Of a DNA stretch of 64,000 nucleotides, positions 28,045 to 36,791 are shown in pieces (position 1 is the first letter of the stretch; every line of letters starts with the position of its first letter). The notes below the pieces were generated by a model. It saw only the letters and a list, made by a program, of their open reading frames with translations, was not told the DNA's origin and made no database searches. Position numbers and translations under genes: made by a program. The DNA comes from a virus, in the IMG/VR virus record IMGVR_UViG_3300025585_000040, positions 13,652 to 77,651 of that record; one strand, written 5' to 3'.

Positions 28045-28200
28045 TCAAACAGGATAAGGAGTCTCTTCTAACGGCTTGAATCGCTGGTCCACTGTAAAAT
28101 CTGGGATATCAGGTACGCCTTTAGAAGGTTCTGGGCCCCCGTGCTTGACTACGTACTCTTTTAAGAAGCTTTGCGGGGTCCTGTCGCCAATCGTTTGCAT
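28045..28200 (-). CDS. hypothetical protein (51 aa, not in ORF track)
   Basis: MQTIGDRTPQSFLKEYVVKHGG...; fills gap upstream of nblA. Confidence 0.35.
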   Translation of the reverse strand: MQTIGDRTPQSFLKEYVVKHGGPEPSKGVPDIPDFTVDQRFKPLEETPYPV

Positions 28201-28315
28201 CTTGCCCAAGAAGAATGGAACTTAAGCCGTAAATGCTGCCGAAAACCAAACCAAACGTTAAAATAACCAGCTCCACGTTATGGACAGCATTTTGACCTAA
28301 GATATTCTACAGAAG

Positions 28316-29119
28316 GTGATGCCACAGATGAACAACACAATGGAAGGCGAGTTCCTGAGCGCAGCTGTTTCAGGCGCCAGCAGGACACACCTAATTCGTT
28401 TATACAAAAAACAATACGGTTTAACGGATAAAGAAATAGAGCAGTTGATTAAACTGTGTTCATTCCGGGAAAAACCGGATATTATCAATTACGCACGTTT
28501 TTACGACGCGGCTATTACCTTGAAGGGAAAGAGGATTTGCTACCCTTTTACACAGGTCTATACTTACAATAATCTCGTAACAGAAGAAGAATGTGGTCGG
28601 TTAATTGAAAAAATTGAACAGAATCTCAACCCTTCAACTGTAGCAAATAAAGATGATGAAGATTTTATATCTCCCTACAGGACAAGCAAAAGCGCTAATT
28701 TAAATTATTTCCACGATGATTTATATCTTGCCGTAGACAAGAGAATAACAGACATTATGGGACTGTACCCGTTTCTAGGGGAATCAATGCAGTGCCAGAA
28801 GTATGAAGTTGGACAGTACTATAAAGAACATCATGACTTCTTCACTCCCTTTACTAAGGAGTATGAGACGTACTGCACTTGGATGGGGCAGAGAACGTGG
28901 ACTGCTATGGTTTACCTAAATGATGTAGAAGAAGGTGGTGAAACATGGTTCAAGCACCTAAAATTACGAGTGAGACCAAAAAGAGGGATGTTAATCGCGT
29001 GGAATAACCTTTATCGAAATGGGTTACCTAACTTCAAAACATTACATGAGGCGCTCCCTCCAGTAAGCGGCGAAAAATATGTAATTACTAAATGGTTCAG
29101 GAGCTGGAGTTTAATTTAG
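28316..29119 (+). CDS. 2OG-Fe(II) oxygenase, prolyl 4-hydroxylase-like
   Basis: YKEHHDFF (HxD), YLNDVEEGGET, LHEALP, KYVITKW. Confidence 0.9.
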   Translation: MMPQMNNTMEGEFLSAAVSGASRTHLIRLYKKQYGLTDKEIEQLIKLCSFREKPDIINYARFYDAAITLKGKRICYPFTQVYTYNNLVTEEECGRLIEKIEQNLNPSTVANKDDEDFISPYRTSKSANLNYFHDDLYLAVDKRITDIMGLYPFLGESMQCQKYEVGQYYKEHHDFFTPFTKEYETYCTWMGQRTWTAMVYLNDVEEGGETWFKHLKLRVRPKRGMLIAWNNLYRNGLPNFKTLHEALPPVSGEKYVITKWFRSWSLI

Positions 29120-29460
29120 TTGGCGGCAATACTAAACTTAACGACAGCTCTTACTCCCCCTGTTTCTTTAAAAAAATTCCCCCGAAGATGGCCAACAGGC
29201 GCCCCTTCTACGTAATAAATGTACGTTCCATCTTTGGTAATCGTGTTCGAAATTAAAGGTCCAAAATTTGTGCCATCTACGCTCCCGTCTAAGCGAACCA
29301 CTACGCTTTCGTCAATATCGTAGACAGTAACCGAAAGAGTGTAGTTCCTTGTGGTTAGATAATTAGACACATAAACATCAACTACATCCGTAGTGGCAGG
29401 GAACTCCAATTCTGGAAAATCAAAAAAAGCAGTTTGTTGCTTGCTTTCGAAGAAGGTCAT
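29116..29460 (-). CDS. putative structural protein, paralogue of 45621..45968
   Basis: Shared LxGSxDGTNF and ExGG motifs. Confidence 0.6.
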   Translation of the reverse strand: MTFFESKQQTAFFDFPELEFPATTDVVDVYVSNYLTTRNYTLSVTVYDIDESVVVRLDGSVDGTNFGPLISNTITKDGTYIYYVEGAPVGHLRGNFFKETGGVRAVVKFSIAAN

Positions 29461-29488
29461 AGTGAAGTTATCAATGTATTAAATACGA

Positions 29489-32368
29489 TTATGCCCAAGC
29501 ACCGATTGAGGTGTCAGCGCCAGAGGCTCCAACTGGATATATTTTGATGTAGCTTCCAGTTTCTGTTGAATACTGTATCCCAGTGCTGGCAGAAAGAGTG
29601 TACTGAGGGATAAAAGTGCCACTTGCGTTGACGCTAAAAGATCCTCTAATTTGCACAGAAATGCTATAGGTTGCGATTGTAATACCAGTAGCTAGGTTTA
29701 TATTGGTAGCCACTGTTCTGAAGCCCAAAACTGGCGTGCTCGCCGTCGCGGTGCTTGTATTAACAGCAGCCACAACATACTGGTAGGCGATGTTGTTAAA
29801 CGTGGCTGTCCCTCCAAATGAAATGCCAAAGCTATGAGAAGTAGTACCAGAACCCCTGGAAAATCTATATACAGCTTCAAACAAATACACCGTAGATCCG
29901 GCTACGGTGACGCTTTCCCCAAAAACGCTTTGGGCCGATGTGCCAGTGCCACCGGGCAATGCACTATTTAGCCTGTAAATCAGGACGGAAGGAGAAAGCC
30001 CTCGGCCAGCTGTGGCACTCGGCGTTGTGTAGACGACGTTGCCGTCGTATTCGACTGCGCCAGCCGTTGCTGTCGTCAGGTTGGTGCCTGACTGCATGGT
30101 GAGCGGTGACAGCGAAGTGGTGCCAGCCGCAAGCGTCAGGTTGCTTGTCAGCGTACCTCCGGTAAAGCCGCCACTAGGTGGGGCCGCCCAAGTGCCGTCT
30201 GCTCTTAAGAAATTGGTGGTGCCACCGCCTGAAGAAGGGGTTAAACCGGCTAGGGTGTCAGTGAACAAGGGCAAAGTGACATCAGTGCCGGTGCTCGACT
30301 CAAGAAGCCTACTGCTGGCTGTGTACGACAGATCGGTGCCGGCTTGGGTGTTACTGAGCGTTCCCCCACTTAACGACAACCCGGTACCAACACTAATTTC
30401 CTCCGCGACACCTGTTCCTGCGGTTGTTCGACCGAGAAGCCGGTTTGTCGCCATGGAAGTGGAAATGGTCGGCGTAGTTCCTCCACTGCTTGTAATTGGA
30501 CCAGTAGCCGAAACTGTTGTTACAGGTGCAGTTCCGTTAGAAGCTGAAGTGACCCGTCCTTTGGCATCAACAGTAATGCTGGCGTATGTATAAGAATCTG
30601 CTGTTACACCAGTATTTGAAAGCGTAGCTGCAAACGAGCCAGTACCCGAACCGGTGACATCTCCAGTTAAGGTAATAGTCTGATCGCCTGTATTTGTTCC
30701 GCTACTAGTACCAGAAAAAGTACCATTCTGCGTCGCAAGAGTTCCGAGGCCTAGAGTAGTTCGCTGAGCTGCTGCATCTACGTCATCTAATAAGGCACGT
30801 CCAGCTGATGTGCAAGTAATCTCCTCGATAACACCGGCGCCTGAGCTACTGCGGCCTAATAATTTATCGGTTGCAGATACGTCTTGAATCTTGCCATAGG
30901 TGACTGTACTGTTGTCGATTGTCCAAGTAGCACCTGACGAAGAAACAGTAATATCACCTTTGTCACCATCAGTTAATCCAACAACATTAGAAGATAGTGT
31001 TCCACCAGAGAGACTTAAACCTGTACCGACACTGATCTCCTCCGCAACGCCTGTTCCTGCAGTAGACCGACCGAGGAGCCGGTTGGTCGTCATCGACGTA
31101 GAAATTGTTGGGGTAGTTCCTCCACTACTGGTAATTGGACCAGTAGCAGACACTGTTGTTACAGGTGCAGTTCCATTAGAAGCTGAAGTGATTCGTCCTT
31201 TAGCATCAACAGTAATGCTGGCGTATGTATAAGAATCTGCTGTTACACCAGTATTTGAAAGCGTAGTTGCAAATGAACCAGTACCTGAGCCAGTAACGTC
31301 ACCGGTCAATGTAATAGTCTGGTCACCTGTATTTGTTCCACTGCTCGTGCCAGAAAAAGTACCATTCTGCGTCGCAAGAGTTCCGAGGCCTAGAGTAGTT
31401 CGCTGAGCTGCTGCATCTACGTCATCTAATAAGGCACGTCCAGCTGATGTGCAAGTAATCTCCTCGATAACACCGGCGCCTGAGCTACTGCGACCTAATA
31501 GTTTATCGGTTGCGGATACGTCCTGAATTTTGGCGTAGCTAATTGCACTATTATCTACCGACCATGTGGCCCCTGATGCGGAAACAGTAATATCGCCTTT
31601 GTCTCCGTCAGTTAATCCAACAACATTAGAAGATAGTGTTCCACCAGAGAGACTTAAACCTGTACCAACACTGATCTCCTCCGCGACGCCCGTTCCTGCA
31701 GTAGACCGACCGAGGAGCCGGTTGGTCGACATGGAGGTAGAAATAGTCGGCGTTGTGCCCCCACTGCTTGTGATCGGGCCAGTAGCGGCTACTGAAGTAA
31801 CAGGAGAAGTACCGCTTGAGGCAGAGGTAATCCTGCCTTTAGCGTCGACTGTTACAGTCGCATACGTATAAGAATTTGCGGTGACACCTGTATTTGAAAG
31901 CGTAGCTGCAAATGAACCAGTGCCTGAACCGGTTACATCTCCAGTTAAGGTAATAGTCTGATCGCCTGTATTTGTTCCGCTACTAGTACCAGAAAAAGTA
32001 CCATTCTGCGTCGCAAGCGTTCCGAGGCCTAGAGTAGTTCGCTGAGCTGCTGCATCTACGTCATCTAATAGGGCACGTCCAGCTGATGTACAAGTAATTT
32101 CCTCGATAATACCAGCGCCTGAGCTACTGCGACCTAATAGTTTATCGGTTGCGGATACATTTTGAATTTTGGCATAAGTAACAGCGCCATTATCGATCAG
32201 CCAACTAGTACCGCTTCCTGAGACGGTAATATCGCCTTTATCTCCATCAGTGACGCCAGGGGTTCCCGGAGGTCCCTGCGGGCCGGCCGTTTTTACCTTG
32301 ACAATTTTGCTATTGACCGCATTGACAACGGTTTTATTGGAGTTCGTGGTAATAATAATGCGGGTCAT
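29489..32368 (-). CDS. long tail fibre protein with three tandem 213-aa repeats
   Basis: Collagen-like GPQGPPG, repeated TDGDKGDITVS, TVDAKGRIT fibre motifs, FLRADGTW. Confidence 0.85.
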   Translation of the reverse strand: MTRIIITTNSNKTVVNAVNSKIVKVKTAGPQGPPGTPGVTDGDKGDITVSGSGTSWLIDNGAVTYAKIQNVSATDKLLGRSSSGAGIIEEITCTSAGRALLDDVDAAAQRTTLGLGTLATQNGTFSGTSSGTNTGDQTITLTGDVTGSGTGSFAATLSNTGVTANSYTYATVTVDAKGRITSASSGTSPVTSVAATGPITSSGGTTPTISTSMSTNRLLGRSTAGTGVAEEISVGTGLSLSGGTLSSNVVGLTDGDKGDITVSASGATWSVDNSAISYAKIQDVSATDKLLGRSSSGAGVIEEITCTSAGRALLDDVDAAAQRTTLGLGTLATQNGTFSGTSSGTNTGDQTITLTGDVTGSGTGSFATTLSNTGVTADSYTYASITVDAKGRITSASNGTAPVTTVSATGPITSSGGTTPTISTSMTTNRLLGRSTAGTGVAEEISVGTGLSLSGGTLSSNVVGLTDGDKGDITVSSSGATWTIDNSTVTYGKIQDVSATDKLLGRSSSGAGVIEEITCTSAGRALLDDVDAAAQRTTLGLGTLATQNGTFSGTSSGTNTGDQTITLTGDVTGSGTGSFAATLSNTGVTADSYTYASITVDAKGRVTSASNGTAPVTTVSATGPITSSGGTTPTISTSMATNRLLGRTTAGTGVAEEISVGTGLSLSGGTLSNTQAGTDLSYTASSRLLESSTGTDVTLPLFTDTLAGLTPSSGGGTTNFLRADGTWAAPPSGGFTGGTLTSNLTLAAGTTSLSPLTMQSGTNLTTATAGAVEYDGNVVYTTPSATAGRGLSPSVLIYRLNSALPGGTGTSAQSVFGESVTVAGSTVYLFEAVYRFSRGSGTTSHSFGISFGGTATFNNIAYQYVVAAVNTSTATASTPVLGFRTVATNINLATGITIATYSISVQIRGSFSVNASGTFIPQYTLSASTGIQYSTETGSYIKIYPVGASGADTSIGAWA
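30350..32255. repeat. three tandem ~639-bp repeats inside the tail fibre gene (ends approximate)
   Basis: CAACATTAGAAGATAG at 30982 and 31621 gives the 639-bp period. Confidence 0.9.
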
Positions 32369-32706
32369 GACGTATATCCCTCAGATACGTAAAATGTCCC
32401 CTGAATATAGTAATCTTTAATCCCACCAGGACTTGTCAATAGGACATCGTAGTAACACTTATCAACGGTCAACGTAGCCGTTTGCGTATCTGTCAAACTC
32501 AACTTAACTTGCCCTTTCGGCCTGTTTACATAAGTGACCGTAAAATCTAGATACTTAACTGTTCTATCGACATTCCAGAGCTGAGAAGCAACTGTCCAAC
32601 CAGTTAAATCAATCGGATTCTCATCGTCATCTTCAAACTGCAAATCCATGTCGTAAACAGCACGACGTTGTAGTTCGTCATCATAACGCGCTGGACGTAC
32701 CGACAT
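32365..32706 (-). CDS. fibre adaptor / baseplate-associated protein
   Basis: PIDLTGWT...GQVKLSLT...YYDV...IQG, BppU-like pattern upstream of the fibre. Confidence 0.7.
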   Translation of the reverse strand: MSVRPARYDDELQRRAVYDMDLQFEDDDENPIDLTGWTVASQLWNVDRTVKYLDFTVTYVNRPKGQVKLSLTDTQTATLTVDKCYYDVLLTSPGGIKDYYIQGTFYVSEGYTS

Positions 32707-32709
32707 TTT

Positions 32710-33195
32710 TTAACCGTTGCAATCTAGTAACGATTTTAACAGCCATTGGAATTTTTTATGTGCCCGACCTCTTTCTACACCTAAATCGAGGGTAAGTTGA
32801 TCACCCATCATCTCTGATTTTGCGGCTAAATCCTCAAAGCGCATGGCCAACGAATTATGATTGGCCGCCAATTGAGCGATAATCCCCTCTTGGTTGAAAC
32901 AATCCTCTAAAGGGATAGAAGGCAGCGTTGAATAAGTAAGGTCTTCAACTGTTTTAGGAGTGGCAATATTTAACGAACGGATATGCTCAGCAATTGTGTC
33001 GATCCCTGCCTGCATTTCTTCATAAATCGCCTCAGTCAACTTGTGAACTTGATAAAACTTGCCTCCCATTAAGCCCCAGTGAACCAGTAGGGTCTGCTGG
33101 TACAGGTGCATGGAGTCCCGCAAGCACTGCACTAAATGGCAATAACAAGATGATTTGGCTTCTTCTTCCTTAATCTTTGCCACTTTAATTACCAT
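32710..33195 (-). CDS. dps: Dps ferritin-like DNA-protecting protein
   Basis: HWGLMGGKFYQVHKL...IDTIAEHIRSL ferroxidase signature; KFQWLL. Confidence 0.88.
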   Translation of the reverse strand: MVIKVAKIKEEEAKSSCYCHLVQCLRDSMHLYQQTLLVHWGLMGGKFYQVHKLTEAIYEEMQAGIDTIAEHIRSLNIATPKTVEDLTYSTLPSIPLEDCFNQEGIIAQLAANHNSLAMRFEDLAAKSEMMGDQLTLDLGVERGRAHKKFQWLLKSLLDCNG

Positions 33196-33488
33196 TTTAC
33201 GCGATCAGCCCAGTAGGCTGCAGATCCTTTGCCCTTGGCAATATTCTTGGCGTGCCTCGCTTTGAAGCTGGCACGCTTTTGTTTCATTCTAGCTGACTCA
33301 CCTTCCTTCGGCTTCCCGGCTGTTTCGGCTCCTTGTTCACCAAATCGGATTATCTTTTCACCGCCAGGCACATCATCTCCGCACGCTTTTACAACGTGAG
33401 ATTTGGTTGGATGATCTGGAGTACGTACCGGCTTGTTACACTGTAATCGATCTTTTGCTAGCCGCTTAGCTTTAGCTCGATCTGCCAT
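33189..33488 (-). CDS. basic hypothetical protein
   Basis: KIIRFG...ASFKARH...AAYWA phage basic-protein pattern. Confidence 0.7.
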   Translation of the reverse strand: MADRAKAKRLAKDRLQCNKPVRTPDHPTKSHVVKACGDDVPGGEKIIRFGEQGAETAGKPKEGESARMKQKRASFKARHAKNIAKGKGSAAYWADRVKW

Positions 33489-33490
33489 CT

Positions 33491-33670
33491 TTACACCACG
33501 ATTTGACCAGCAGCTGCCTTTGTCTTGATGTCATCGGCAATAGCACCATGCGCCAGCTGCTCAAAACCGGAAGGGATCCGCTCTTTACCAAGCTTTACAA
33601 TCATATCTTCGACCTTCCCCTCTAGAAACTGTTTTGCGTTAGGTCGCGACCCAGCCGATGTAGTAATCAT
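33491..33670 (-). CDS. hypothetical protein (59 aa, not in ORF track)
   Basis: MITTSAGSRPNAKQFLEGKV...; ends 2 nt before the next start. Confidence 0.45.
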   Translation of the reverse strand: MITTSAGSRPNAKQFLEGKVEDMIVKLGKERIPSGFEQLAHGAIADDIKTKAAAGQIVV

Positions 33671-34049
33671 TGGATATGTACGGGACCGCAGAGTCCGCCG
33701 AAGTTAATTTAATTGAGCAGGGTCTCTGCTCCATCCACTTATTTAGTTTATCAAGCCTCTGCTCGCAGTAATTTGGATTACCATCTGTATAAAAAACAGA
33801 TAAAGGTAAAGAACCCTTGTTTCTGTTGCAACGACAGCAACAGCAAACCATATTATTTTTTACGTTTTGACCACCTTTGTGTTTGGGCACGACGTGATCG
33901 ATTGTCGCCGTGTCCTCTGTTAACTGCTGATCACAATAAGCACATTTCCATCCCCACTCTTCAAAAATGTGTTGACGGAACTGACGGCGGGCCAGTTTTG
34001 GGGTCAGCGCGACTAGATTGACCAAAAGGTCATCTGCACAAAGGTACAT
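33639..34049 (-). CDS. HNH endonuclease (McrA-like)
   Basis: CAYC...TIDHVVPKHKGG...CRCNRNKG. Confidence 0.88.
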   Translation of the reverse strand: MYLCADDLLVNLVALTPKLARRQFRQHIFEEWGWKCAYCDQQLTEDTATIDHVVPKHKGGQNVKNNMVCCCCRCNRNKGSLPLSVFYTDGNPNYCEQRLDKLNKWMEQRPCSIKLTSADSAVPYISNDYYIGWVAT

Positions 34050-34120
34050 GGTTTGTCATGCATCCATAACAAAACTGTAGGGTGCACACATCTCTCCAAT
34101 CCGCTAATATTCGAGCGCTA

Positions 34121-34204
34121 GCCACCATGCCGGAACGGTCTACGGATCGCACTTAAAATGCGTCGGGAGTTTCTCCCTTGTGGGTTCGAATCCCACTGGT
34201 GGTA
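34121..34204 (+). tRNA. trnL: tRNA-Leu(UAA), CCA not encoded
   Basis: GCCACCA/TGGTGGT acceptor, loop CTTAAAA, long variable arm, GTGGG-TTCGAAT-CCCAC. Confidence 0.92.
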
Positions 34205-34248
34205 TCTAAATTCACATAGTTTAAATTTCCGCAGACTTAGTTCTGTGC

Positions 34249-34542
34249 GTGAGCGTCGAAAAGACTCGAGCAGCCAATAAACGAGCACGTGAAGCTAGAC
34301 GCCAGTGGTATCAAGCCTTGATGGAAGGGCGTCAATGTGAACTTTGTGGTGAAGATGACCCAGTCACACTGGATTGGCATCACCGTGATCCGACTCAGAA
34401 GGAGTACTCAGTTGCCAAAATGTGGAAGGATCGAGGAAGGCAGTCGATATTAGACGAAATCGCCAAATGTCAGTGCCTGTGCTCCAACTGTCACAGGAAG
34501 GTGCACAGAGACCTGCGGCTTCAGTCCGTCAAACCGATGTGA
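34249..34542 (+). CDS. small HNH endonuclease
   Basis: CELCG...LDWHHRDP...CQCLCSNCHRKVH. Confidence 0.85.
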   Translation: MSVEKTRAANKRAREARRQWYQALMEGRQCELCGEDDPVTLDWHHRDPTQKEYSVAKMWKDRGRQSILDEIAKCQCLCSNCHRKVHRDLRLQSVKPM

Positions 34543-34802
34543 TGTAGAAAAACATCCTCTTCCTCATCAGCTGGGTCGTAATCCGCGTCCTCGAGAAGAC
34601 GGAGGACAAAGTAACGAATGCGGTCGGTAACCCACCGAAGATCTTCTTCTGAAACGTCACAGACAATGGCGTCTAGACGAAGCTCTCGAGATGGTTCACG
34701 AATGTGATCTGCCAATAACTCAAGAGCTCGGTAGCGTCCTCGGTTTAGTTCCCCTAGCATTTCATCCCATCGCTGCAGCAAGTTTATTTTCATCCTCAGC
34801 AT
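34521..34802 (-). CDS. hypothetical protein
   Basis: Downstream of endolysin; start probably MLGELN. Confidence 0.5.
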   Translation of the reverse strand: MLRMKINLLQRWDEMLGELNRGRYRALELLADHIREPSRELRLDAIVCDVSEEDLRWVTDRIRYFVLRLLEDADYDPADEEEDVFLHHIGLTD

Positions 34803-34974
34803 CTTTCAATTTTTCTTTGAGGATGCTGAGGATTTCAAGGGCTCCTTGAACTTTCAAGAAACCTTCCTTGGTTGCGATCAATGAGGATTCAGCGGCACGA
34901 ATGTCTTTGGCTAGGCTGTCTAATTGTGCTCGAAGGCTGATTTCTAGTTCGTTGATTAAGTCCAACATGGTCAT
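34762..34974 (-). CDS. coiled-coil hypothetical protein
   Basis: Heptad pattern, KVQGALEIL. Confidence 0.6.
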   Translation of the reverse strand: MTMLDLINELEISLRAQLDSLAKDIRAAESSLIATKEGFLKVQGALEILSILKEKLKDAEDENKLAAAMG

Positions 34975-34999
34975 CGAAATGCATTAAGAGTCTAACTGA

Positions 35000-36253
35000 T
35001 TACTTTTTGAGGAATTTAAATCCGACCCAACACCACCCACTGGCTCCGCCGCCAGGGCAAAATCGCCCCTCAAAATTCTTGTAAGAATACCGGATATTGC
35101 GTCCAACAGTAGGGCCTGTCTTTTCCCAACCACCGTTCACCATATCCAGCTCCCCGTAAGGGTCCTGAACTAACCAACTTTTTTTATCATATCCAGTAAT
35201 AACAACGAAGTGCCCGCCGCCAGTAGGACGAGCAGCAGTTCCATGATGAAGAATACCGGCAGCAACAGGGAGTCCTTTGTCAATCTGCGCTTTAACAATG
35301 TCAGCGTCTGCAGTTGTAATAAAATTAGCACCAACTCCTAATTCAGCAAGAGCCCGGAAGTGTGGCTCTCTGTGGGTGGTATCCCCATATTTGTTGACGA
35401 TCCTCAGGTAATCTAGATCGTCGTTGATGCCTGGGGTATCGATGTACTTCAGACACATGGCAATGCTGCTGGTCTGGCACTGACGCCAGCCCTCTGGGCC
35501 GTTGTCGCGTTGGTAGAAGTAAGGGAAATTACGAAGGTAGCGCAGATCCCCGTCGACGGCATACGGGTGCATCGAGTTATCTGTGATGAGCCCCTTCCAA
35601 TGCTTGTCGAACACCCACCAGTTACCGAGACCGAACCCAAACTCAAGGAGGGTATGTCCATCCTTACGGTCTAGGACATGGCAGTTGCGGTATGTGCGGA
35701 CACCAGAAACGTTGGCCTTCTCGTCGTTCGGTAGTTCATAAGACGGGATCGGTTTCTTCTTGAGCCAGGTCTGCTGAATAGATGTAATTTCAATCAAACC
35801 AGTCTTCGGTCGCGGTGGTTCTTTACAGAATAATTCAACTTCGGCGGAGCGACGGCGTTTTAAACCTTCCAGAGGTTTGCCGTTCGCTTTGTCCCAGCGG
35901 GGGAGTTCCGCTTTAGCGACAGTGCAGGGATCTTCACCAGAATTGAGACGGCGTATAAGGGTAGATGAGGTAAACGCACTTACGCCAACGTTAAAGGCAA
36001 ACGCGACCAAAGCGTCGAATTGATTCTGCTCGAGCTTGATGGTAACATTCTTATTGATCGTGTCTTCAAAGCGGATTAGATCCTGTTTAAGTAGGTATTC
36101 GGCTCTCGATGCCTTAACCTCCATACCTTCTTTTACATCTGGCCCGGTGTGTCCGTAGCCTATTGTCCACACGCCAGCGGGACATAAATAGCTTTTAGTG
36201 CGGAAACCTTCGAATTGTTTAATTAAATCGACGCCAACCTGAGATGTCTTCAT
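35000..36253 (-). CDS. endolysin: GH24 lysozyme fused to C39-like peptidase
   Basis: IKQFEG...CPAGVWTIGYGH...GLKRRR; QCQTSSIAM, GHFVVITGY, DPYG. Confidence 0.92.
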   Translation of the reverse strand: MKTSQVGVDLIKQFEGFRTKSYLCPAGVWTIGYGHTGPDVKEGMEVKASRAEYLLKQDLIRFEDTINKNVTIKLEQNQFDALVAFAFNVGVSAFTSSTLIRRLNSGEDPCTVAKAELPRWDKANGKPLEGLKRRRSAEVELFCKEPPRPKTGLIEITSIQQTWLKKKPIPSYELPNDEKANVSGVRTYRNCHVLDRKDGHTLLEFGFGLGNWWVFDKHWKGLITDNSMHPYAVDGDLRYLRNFPYFYQRDNGPEGWRQCQTSSIAMCLKYIDTPGINDDLDYLRIVNKYGDTTHREPHFRALAELGVGANFITTADADIVKAQIDKGLPVAAGILHHGTAARPTGGGHFVVITGYDKKSWLVQDPYGELDMVNGGWEKTGPTVGRNIRYSYKNFEGRFCPGGGASGWCWVGFKFLKK

Positions 36254-36290
36254 GGAAGTTTTGTAGTTACTTCCAGTTTACATATCAAAT

Positions 36291-36545
36291 TTATTCAGCG
36301 TTACGAGATAAGCTAATCAACGTTGTAAGTACTCCCATCATTACGGTAATGGTACGAGAGTCGACATCGACGCATCCCATAGGCGCAGGATCAATCTTTT
36401 CACTTTGATCTGTACCTACATATTTGGCATACCAAGGCCAGACGGTAGGAAGAACATAGAACCGGCAAGAACCCCACTGAAGTACAGATACAACAAGAAT
36501 GGCTGTAGAACAACCAACAATAGAGCGCCACAGCCAGTTAGTCAT
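36291..36545 (-). CDS. membrane protein, holin candidate
   Basis: Two hydrophobic segments, directly upstream of endolysin. Confidence 0.5.
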   Translation of the reverse strand: MTNWLWRSIVGCSTAILVVSVLQWGSCRFYVLPTVWPWYAKYVGTDQSEKIDPAPMGCVDVDSRTITVMMGVLTTLISLSRNAE

Positions 36546-36551
36546 TGTACT

Positions 36552-36788
36552 TTATTGAAGAAGACCAAACAGTTCCTTCAGTTCCGCCACGGTCAACCCA
36601 GCGGCGTTCAACTTCTGTTCAGTGGTAAGCACTGGGGCGGGTTCGGGTTCAGGGGCAGGCTCAGGCGTGTTGCCTTCAGCGAGCCAAGCGAGATACGCCT
36701 GGTAATCGGTGTTGGCAGGGTCTCGGGGGATAAAGGCGTTATCAGAAAGGCGAAGGATGGTGTCGCTGGTGGTGAGTTGGTAGGTCAT
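36552..36788 (-). CDS. putative fibre assembly chaperone
   Basis: [23 protein letters not shown]; near-identical to 38419..38652. Confidence 0.75.
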   Translation of the reverse strand: MTYQLTTSDTILRLSDNAFIPRDPANTDYQAYLAWLAEGNTPEPAPEPEPAPVLTTEQKLNAAGLTVAELKELFGLLQ

Positions 36789-36791
36789 TGG

